Of a DNA stretch of 4,281 nucleotides, positions 1-4,281 are shown in pieces. Origin of the DNA: a virus (lineage: Duplodnaviria; Heunggongvirae; Uroviricota; Caudoviricetes); IMG/VR virus record IMGVR_UViG_3300029190_000076. One strand, given 5' to 3'. The notes below the pieces were generated by a model, which saw only the letters and a list, made by a program, of their open reading frames with translations, was not told where the DNA came from and ran no database searches. Both the position numbers and the translations under genes were made by a program. Positions within the stretch are counted from its first letter, which is position 1, and every line of letters begins with the position of its first letter.

Positions 1-334
1 GAAAGGCTGGGCCATACTCCTCCGGCAGAAGCAGAAAAAGCTTATTATGCTTCCATCGGAAACGATGATCTGGCAGCCTGAGTTCACAGATAAAACACTC
101 TCCAGGAAACCCGGGGCGGTTCACTACGACTTGGGAAGACGCTTCATACCAAAGTCTATAAAGTTTTTCTTCTTCGTTTGGGTTATTAGGCTCACCACGT
201 TTTAATTTTTCAGTATATAAAATTGTTGAATAAATCGCAGGAGTTAATCCAGTGATTGCCCTCTGCCGCAGATCGGATTTGTTTGTTATCCACCCCAACA
301 GACGATCTCCCATCCATGTGATAATTGTATCCAT
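1..334 (-). CDS. Hypothetical protein, partial: first 111 codons in window, ORF continues past the left edge with no stop seen
   Basis: Hand translation of minus strand from ATG at 334-332: MDTIITWMGDRLLGWITNKSDLRQRAITGLTPAIYSTILYTEKLKRGEPNNPNEEEKLYRLWYEASSQVVVNRPGFPGECFICELRLPDHRFRWKHNKLFLLLPEEYGPAF, open down to position 2. In-frame TAA at 340-338 just upstream of the ATG. AAGGG Shine-Dalgarno-like motif at 346-342, 7 nt before the ATG. Absent from the supplied ORF track, presumably because it has no stop inside the window. No family recognised from memory. Confidence 0.55.
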   Translation of the reverse strand, partial: MDTIITWMGDRLLGWITNKSDLRQRAITGLTPAIYSTILYTEKLKRGEPNNPNEEEKLYRLWYEASSQVVVNRPGFPGECFICELRLPDHRFRWKHNKLFLLLPEEYGPAF

Positions 335-795
335 GCTTTAGCCCTTCTTAGTAAATAGTGTGTAGGGCGACTGAAGGACCGAGTTTATGCTTTTTCGCAT
401 TGCTTTCAGTTAGTACACCGGTATCGCACCGGAAACAATCCTACGGCAAATTGGTTGTCTGACCTCTCGGTTTTTCGTGCATTAACCGATACCCACTACA
501 GTCTCGGCGAAAGCTGCACACCCCCAGGGTGTACTGGTAGCACTCGGCACAGCCTAGCACGCCACTTTCTTCTCACTATCCAGTCTAATTTTATCCCCTA
601 GTCAGACACTCAGATGTAGTGCTCCGCAGCGGCATGCGGGGGAATACAAAAACTCGGACAAAATTGGGCCCTCCTTTTTGAATCACTCGCGGGGATGTAG
701 TTATTAATACATGGAAAAAGATCTGTTTTCAAATCCAACATTATATGGTTTCAATACCACGGGGTGGCTATGTGTTTCTCATTGTTAATTGGAAT
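335..795 (-). other. 461-bp ORF-free spacer between two same-strand ORFs; candidate structured non-coding RNA or long 5' leader, function unknown
   Basis: After the TAG at 798-796 all three minus-strand frames hit stops within 15 codons, and stops recur throughout. The supplied track has no ORF on either strand between 335 and 763. Inverted repeats read directly on the + strand: 412-419 agtacacc with 528-535 ggtgtact (8 bp, about 108 nt apart); 378-383 accgag with 466-471 ctcggt; 370-375 actgaa with 405-410 ttcagt, enclosing 387-390 atgc with 397-400 gcat; local hairpin 518-523 acaccc with 527-532 gggtgt (3-nt loop). GC is visibly higher than in the adjacent recombinase gene. Confidence 0.3.
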
Positions 796-1119
796 CTACT
801 GTAATCGATCCGAACGTAAATGCGGCAAAACTCGACTCCACTTATCATCCTGCCACGGCCGGAATTTTACATGTGCCGTTTCTCTGGCAAGGATTGCCTG
901 TGCCTTATTGAGTATCTGGGGATATTCTTGCTCGATAGAAGTGAAGCGACCAGCTTCACGATGCTCCGCAACCTGAAGAAGAGGAGTAACGTTCTGGTAG
1001 GTAATTAACATCACATTCCCTGCTCGCCATAACCAGGCGAGTGTGCAAAGTTCGTTATCAGTGAATTGTTTTGTGATTGGGTATTGTTGAACTGCTAGAA
1101 CGAGAACGCCAGCATCCAT
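796..1119 (-). CDS. Hypothetical 107-aa protein (orphan ORF immediately downstream of the recombinase gene)
   Basis: ORF from the supplied track: MDAGVLVLAVQQYPITKQFTDNELCTLAWLWRAGNVMLITYQNVTPLLQVAEHREAGRFTSIEQEYPQILNKAQAILARETAHVKFRPWQDDKWSRVLPHLRSDRLQ. Bounded by an in-frame TAG three codons upstream of the ATG at 1119-1117, so it is not a frameshifted tail of a longer gene. Composition is protein-like, not low-complexity. Weaknesses: only a weak GAGA-type SD upstream, no recognised motif, and it overlaps spurious + strand ORFs. Confidence 0.4.
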   Translation of the reverse strand: MDAGVLVLAVQQYPITKQFTDNELCTLAWLWRAGNVMLITYQNVTPLLQVAEHREAGRFTSIEQEYPQILNKAQAILARETAHVKFRPWQDDKWSRVLPHLRSDRLQ

Positions 1120-1230
1120 TGGCAGTCTCTATAGTAAAACCATAGCTCAGGACGCTTCGTTCAGGATAGATAATTTTATTGTACTTACCTAACTTTCTTA
1201 CTATAGCACGGTTGAAAAAGTGATTATTAC

Positions 1231-2757
1231 TCAAAAATAAACCTCACCATCAACCATATATTTGAGAGTACTTATCGCCTGCTGGGCGGATATTGTTTTC
1301 ATTAAAGGATAGTGTTTAAAAACAATGCCATTCATAAAATAGATATCACAGGTTTTATTATCTGTATTGATTATGATTTTTTCGAATGTTTTATAGGCAA
1401 GTGTACGACATAGCTCTCGCCCATTTTTACTGGTTAAGTCAATAGCATGAAAATCACCAAGTGAACTCACCGCTTTACTCTTCAAAGTTTTTAATGATAC
1501 AGAAGCCCTTCGTAATTCCTTATCTAATACTCTGATTTTTTCTGCTATAGCGGTAACTTCAGGCGCAACAGATAATGCAGCAATTAAATTATTAATTTTC
1601 ATCTGGAGCTCAATAATTTTCAACTCTAAAGTTTCATTAGCATCTTTCTTGTTTTCAACTGGTTGGATTTTACTACAATTAAAAAGCAACTCATTAATGA
1701 TATTATAATCAACCAAATCTCTCTTTATTGATGGCCTGTCACATCGATGCAGTCTTCTCATCGGACAAACATAATAGCCATGCAAACTTCCAGATACCGC
1801 ATGAACAATCATGGTATTACCACAAGCCTCGCACTTCATAACTGTTCGAAGTAGATTTATCAACATAGGATTTTTGCTACTATTGCTAATACCAAAAGGT
1901 GCCAACCGAATTTCCTGTACAGCGTAAAACAAATCATCTGATATGACTCTGGGATAATAGCCAGCGATTTCACTTATTCCTTTACCTCTTGCACGATATG
2001 AAGGTACGCATATACCTATCAGAGCTTTATTCGCTAATAATTTTTCAATTACAGAAGGTCCCCATGCACTTTCTTTTCCTGAGAAATTCTTTACAGCATG
2101 ATCATTTAAATACTTGGCTATTGCATTCAATGAGCGCCTTTCCATCCTGAGTTTAAAAATTAGCTCAATAGTTTTCACCCTGTCGGGGTCTGGAACAAAA
2201 GCCGTTCTTTTGTCATCTAAGGAGAGCCATCTCGGACAAGACGCCGTCATAATCGTACCTGATTCCAGTGCATCCTGCCGTTTTTTCTTCCATGATAATT
2301 TAACCCGACTTGACTTTATCTCGCTTTCTTCATTTGCCCTTTGTGCTATAAGTATGGCTTTTATTAATGAATATGGCTCATTCAAAGAGTCAATATTATA
2401 GACTGTATTGTCGCAAAGAGTTATAACATCAATACCGTGATTCAAAATCAATTTCAGACGTTCAATCGCTTCACCGACTTTTTCTCTTGAAAGTCTGTCC
2501 AGACTTTCAACTAACAATGTAGTTCCTGGCAATATATAACCATGCTCTATAGCATCTAAAAATTCCGAAAAAGCTCCTGATTGTGCATGCTTTCCTTTGA
2601 ATGCACTTAATCCTAAATCTTCATATGTTATGGTATCAAGATAATAATCACTATTTACCTTTAACCATTCAGCAATAAGTCTTCTCTGTCGGTTTAATGA
2701 GTCGCCAGACATCTGACCTGGTGATGAAAATCGCATATATGCTATGGCTTTTTTCAT
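1231..2757 (-). CDS. ybcK: Large serine recombinase (resolvase/invertase-type catalytic domain + recombinase domain + zinc ribbon + coiled coil), 508 aa; YbcK-like
   Basis: N-terminus MKKAIAYMRFSSPGQ carries the Y-x-R-x-S catalytic motif, with Ser11 as predicted nucleophile. DSLNRQ and LLVESLDRLSR motifs are typical of the serine-recombinase catalytic domain. A Cys4 zinc-ribbon pattern follows (CEAC ... YYVC ... HRC), then a predicted C-terminal coiled coil (ETLELKIIELQMKINNLIAALS...). AGGTG SD at 2767-2763, 5 nt before the ATG at 2757-2755. Length 508 aa and position just downstream of emrE match my recollection of ybcK in the E. coli K-12 DLP12 prophage. Very AT-rich, about 30% GC on a hand-counted sample line. 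Confidence 0.9.
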   Translation of the reverse strand: MKKAIAYMRFSSPGQMSGDSLNRQRRLIAEWLKVNSDYYLDTITYEDLGLSAFKGKHAQSGAFSEFLDAIEHGYILPGTTLLVESLDRLSREKVGEAIERLKLILNHGIDVITLCDNTVYNIDSLNEPYSLIKAILIAQRANEESEIKSSRVKLSWKKKRQDALESGTIMTASCPRWLSLDDKRTAFVPDPDRVKTIELIFKLRMERRSLNAIAKYLNDHAVKNFSGKESAWGPSVIEKLLANKALIGICVPSYRARGKGISEIAGYYPRVISDDLFYAVQEIRLAPFGISNSSKNPMLINLLRTVMKCEACGNTMIVHAVSGSLHGYYVCPMRRLHRCDRPSIKRDLVDYNIINELLFNCSKIQPVENKKDANETLELKIIELQMKINNLIAALSVAPEVTAIAEKIRVLDKELRRASVSLKTLKSKAVSSLGDFHAIDLTSKNGRELCRTLAYKTFEKIIINTDNKTCDIYFMNGIVFKHYPLMKTISAQQAISTLKYMVDGEVYF

Positions 2758-2940
2758 GGTGACACCTGCTAACGTATGCTTTTATAAACCTTAGTGGTGG
2801 GATATAATTTTTGTTTAATTTTTATTTAAAAAGACAATTAAGGTCACATTATCTTGAATATACAACAATAATCGTATTGCAATTTTCTTACGCCATAATC
2901 TTGAAAGCACAAAAGAATACATAAAAAAATAAAGACATTA
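2758..2940 (-). promoter_or_regulatory. AT-rich spacer upstream of the recombinase gene containing its RBS and presumably its promoter; exact -35/-10 not assigned
   Basis: Extremely AT-rich (for example 2801-2860 atataatttttgtttaatttttatttaaaaagacaattaaggtcacattatcttgaatat). Lies between the emrE terminator and the recombinase start. Several TATAAT-like hexamers are present, but none could be singled out by eye. Confidence 0.3.
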
Positions 2941-2982
2941 ACAAAAAGCATAAAACGAGGCTCATATAAATATAAGAGCCTC
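2941..2982 (-). terminator. Putative rho-independent terminator downstream of emrE
   Basis: On the minus strand, about 31 nt after the emrE stop: 7-bp stem GAGGCTC/GAGCCTC (+ strand 2957-2963 and 2976-2982) with a 12-nt loop, followed by the U-rich run GUUUUAUGCUUUUUGU (reverse complement of + 2941-2956). The loop is larger than ideal, hence moderate confidence. Confidence 0.45.
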
Positions 2983-3013
2983 CATATTTTAGTCGTTTAG
3001 AAACAAATTATTT

Positions 3014-3346
3014 TTAATGTGGTGTGCTTCGTGACAATAAATTAATAACCAACACACCGGCACAAATCAACATCATGCCTATAATGGCTGGCAGGTCCAG
3101 CCGTTGGCCGAAAAGTCCCCATGACAGTAAGCTAATCAGGACAATACCGACTCCTGACCAGATAGCATAAGCAATCCCTGTAGGAATATAAGCCAGCGTC
3201 TGAGCTAATAACCAGAATGATGCACAATAACAAATAATTGTACCAACAGATGGCCATAACCGTGTAAAACCTTCTGAAAACTTCATTAAGGTTGTACCAA
3301 TGACCTCTGCAAGTATTGCACCACCAAGATAAATATAAGGGTTCAT
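3014..3346 (-). CDS. emrE: SMR-family multidrug efflux transporter EmrE (110 aa)
   Basis: Product MNPYIYLGGAILAEVIGTTLMKFSEGFTRLWPSVGTIICYCASFWLLAQTLAYIPTGIAYAIWSGVGIVLISLLSWGLFGQRLDLPAIIGMMLICAGVLVINLLSRSTPH matches E. coli EmrE nearly residue-for-residue from memory. The membrane-embedded Glu14 essential for proton/drug coupling is present, with four hydrophobic segments. Start placed at ATG 3346-3344 rather than the track's 3400: this gives the canonical 110-aa length and has AGGAAAG at 3361-3355 upstream. Stop TAA at 3016-3014. Confidence 0.95.
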   Translation of the reverse strand: MNPYIYLGGAILAEVIGTTLMKFSEGFTRLWPSVGTIICYCASFWLLAQTLAYIPTGIAYAIWSGVGIVLISLLSWGLFGQRLDLPAIIGMMLICAGVLVINLLSRSTPH

Positions 3347-3361
3347 AGAATATTCTTTCCT

Positions 3362-3396
3362 GTTCAAACTGGAGAGAATTGTACTACAGTTTGAAC
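3362..3396. repeat. Perfect 10-bp inverted repeat (gttcaaactg / cagtttgaac) with 15-bp spacer, between ren stop and emrE RBS
   Basis: Read directly: + strand 3362-3371 gttcaaactg is the exact reverse complement of 3387-3396 cagtttgaac. The 15-nt spacer is gagagaattgtacta. The arm at 3362 abuts the emrE SD at 3361. No U-tract follows on the minus strand, so it is not a canonical intrinsic terminator. Confidence 0.6.
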
Positions 3397-3413
3397 TCAA
3401 CTCACCTGTTTCA

Positions 3414-3716
3414 TCATTGTGTACCCATTGATGTTCTTTTATATACCCTCAATACCCGTTTCATCGCGGCACTCTGGCGACACTCCTTAAAAATCAGATT
3501 CGTGCTCACCTTTCCTTCCCGTTCTTCTCTGGTAGCAAACCGGTAATACACCGTTCGCCAGACCTTACCTTCGATAGCCAGAAGACCTGCCCGTGCCATT
3601 TTAGCCGCAGCCTGATTTATGCTGGTTACCGTTGCGCCTGTTACCGCGGCAACGTCCTGCGCACAGAATTTCTTATGAGTCCCCAGGTAATGAATAATTG
3701 CCTCTTTGCCCGTCAT
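3414..3716 (-). CDS. ren: Lambda Ren-like protein (100 aa)
   Basis: Product MTGKEAIIHYLGTHKKFCAQDVAAVTGATVTSINQAAAKMARAGLLAIEGKVWRTVYYRFATREEREGKVSTNLIFKECRQSAAMKRVLRVYKRTSMGTQ resembles lambda Ren from memory. The start ATG at 3716-3714 overlaps the stop TGA of the upstream P-like gene at 3715-3713 (ATGA), as I recall for the P/ren junction in lambda. Confidence 0.8.
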   Translation of the reverse strand: MTGKEAIIHYLGTHKKFCAQDVAAVTGATVTSINQAAAKMARAGLLAIEGKVWRTVYYRFATREEREGKVSTNLIFKECRQSAAMKRVLRVYKRTSMGTQ

Positions 3717-4281
3717 ACCCTTGCTCCTTTCAGCCCAAACTTAGCTTTGATTTCTGCGATCTTCGCCAGAGCCTGTGCACGATTTAGAGGTCTACCGCCC
3801 ATGACAGGAAGTTGTTTTACTGGTTCAGGTATAGCCTCACCACGGTTAATTCGTGCGGTCATACAGGACAGTTCATCGGCAGCCTTGCGCCGTAATTCCG
3901 CGTCAGTCAACGCATTGGCCCGCATGTTCTGATACAGGTTGGTAACCAGCCAGTAGTGCGCGTTTGATTTCCACGGATAAGACTCTGCATCCGGATACAG
4001 CCCGCGCTTCCGGCAATACTCGTAAACCATATCAACCAGCTCGCTGGCGTTTGGCAGCCCGGCGGTAACGGATGCTTCTTCCCGGCACCAGGCGACAAAC
4101 TGCCCGGGTGATGGCAGGAATGGTCGATTCTGCCGACGGGCTACGCGCATTCCAGCGTTAACCTGTTCCATTGTGGTGATCCCGTTTTCCCGAAAAGCCA
4201 GCACCCACTGGCGGCGGATTTCGTTCAGTTCATTCTGGTCACGGTTAGCCAGGCTCGCCGGGAAAGTTGCCAGTAACTGGC
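3713..4281 (-). CDS. P: Lambda-type replication protein P (DnaB helicase loader), C-terminal portion; 5' end lies beyond the right window edge
   Basis: Track ORF 3713..4204 begins at an internal GTG. Hand translation of 4205-4279 stays open in the same frame (QLLATFPASLANRDQNELNEIRRQW, then VLAFRENGITTMEQVNAGMRVARRQNRPFLPSPGQFVAWCREE...KAKFGLKGARV), so the gene continues upstream of the window. Sequence matches lambda P closely from memory. GC is about 53% on a hand-counted sample line. Confidence 0.85.
   Translation of the reverse strand, partial: QLLATFPASLANRDQNELNEIRRQWVLAFRENGITTMEQVNAGMRVARRQNRPFLPSPGQFVAWCREEASVTAGLPNASELVDMVYEYCRKRGLYPDAESYPWKSNAHYWLVTNLYQNMRANALTDAELRRKAADELSCMTARINRGEAIPEPVKQLPVMGGRPLNRAQALAKIAEIKAKFGLKGARV

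Noticed and set aside
715-745. TTCAAATCC motif resembling a tRNA T-loop
   Set aside because: No complementary T-stem arms, no acceptor stem and no anticodon arm could be built around it. Not a tRNA.
764-1008. Two + strand ORFs from the track (764..976, 70 aa; 820..1008, 62 aa)
   Set aside because: They overlap each other and lie antisense to the 107-aa minus-strand ORF. Their products are Cys/Arg/Ser-rich and look like out-of-frame translation, and no SD is evident. Treated as spurious.
335-1119. Possibility that the two left-hand ORFs are exons of one gene split by a self-splicing intron in the 461-bp spacer
   Set aside because: The upstream ORF ends at a clean stop. The downstream ORF has its own SD and ATG, with an in-frame stop immediately 5' of that ATG. 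I could not recognise a group I or group II intron core. Independent genes are the simpler reading, though a search with intron models was not possible.
1-1230. Expectation of ybcL (PEBP-like periplasmic protein) and ybcM (AraC-type regulator) downstream of the recombinase
   Set aside because: Neither left-hand ORF has a signal peptide or PEBP-type motifs, and the interval where such a gene would lie is closed in all frames. Not annotated as such.
2114-2401. + strand 95-aa ORF from the track
   Set aside because: It lies entirely antisense within the well-supported serine recombinase gene and is low-complexity and Ser/Leu/Phe-rich. It is a typical shadow ORF of an AT-rich gene.
3347-3400. 18-codon N-terminal extension of emrE suggested by the track ORF (start at 3400)
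   Set aside because: EmrE is 110 aa and begins MNPYIYLGG. The ATG at 3346 has its own SD, and the extension would place the perfect inverted repeat inside coding sequence. The track simply took the most upstream in-frame ATG.
3675-4098. Track ORFs 3675..3932 (+) and 3907..4098 (-)
   Set aside because: Both are embedded in or out of frame with the recognisable P and ren genes, with Pro/Arg/Cys/Ser-rich products. Treated as spurious overlapping frames.
4202-4204. GTG at 4204 as the start of the P-like gene
   Set aside because: The frame stays open upstream to the window edge and the upstream translation continues the recognisable P sequence, so the GTG is an internal valine codon.
1-4281. CRISPR array, tandem direct repeats, IS element termini
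   Set aside because: Visual scanning found no repeat-spacer periodicity, no tandem repeats of 20 bp or more, and no transposase-like ORF. Only the short inverted repeats listed above were seen.

Overview
All supported genes are on the minus strand; every identification is from reading the sequence and recalling protein families, with no database search run. In gene order (high to low coordinates) the window holds: the 3' part of a lambda-type replication protein P gene running off the right edge; a ren-like gene overlapping it by ATGA; a perfect 10-bp inverted repeat; emrE (110-aa SMR efflux pump); a hairpin plus U-tract terminator; a very AT-rich 256-bp spacer; a 508-aa large serine recombinase (YbcK-like); a 107-aa orphan ORF; a 461-bp ORF-free spacer rich in inverted repeats; and an unrecognised ORF with a usable RBS running off the left edge. 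The P-ren-emrE-recombinase block matches what I recall of the DLP12 cryptic prophage of E. coli K-12, where emrE and ybcK sit as cargo beside the replication module. The left-most 1.2 kb (orphan ORF, spacer, partial ORF) does not match the ybcL/ybcM genes I recall following ybcK in K-12 and is the part most worth follow-up as possible uncharacterised cargo. Base composition is mosaic on hand counts of sample 60-nt lines: P/ren about 53% GC, emrE about 45%, recombinase about 30%. No rRNA, tRNA, CRISPR array or IS element was seen.
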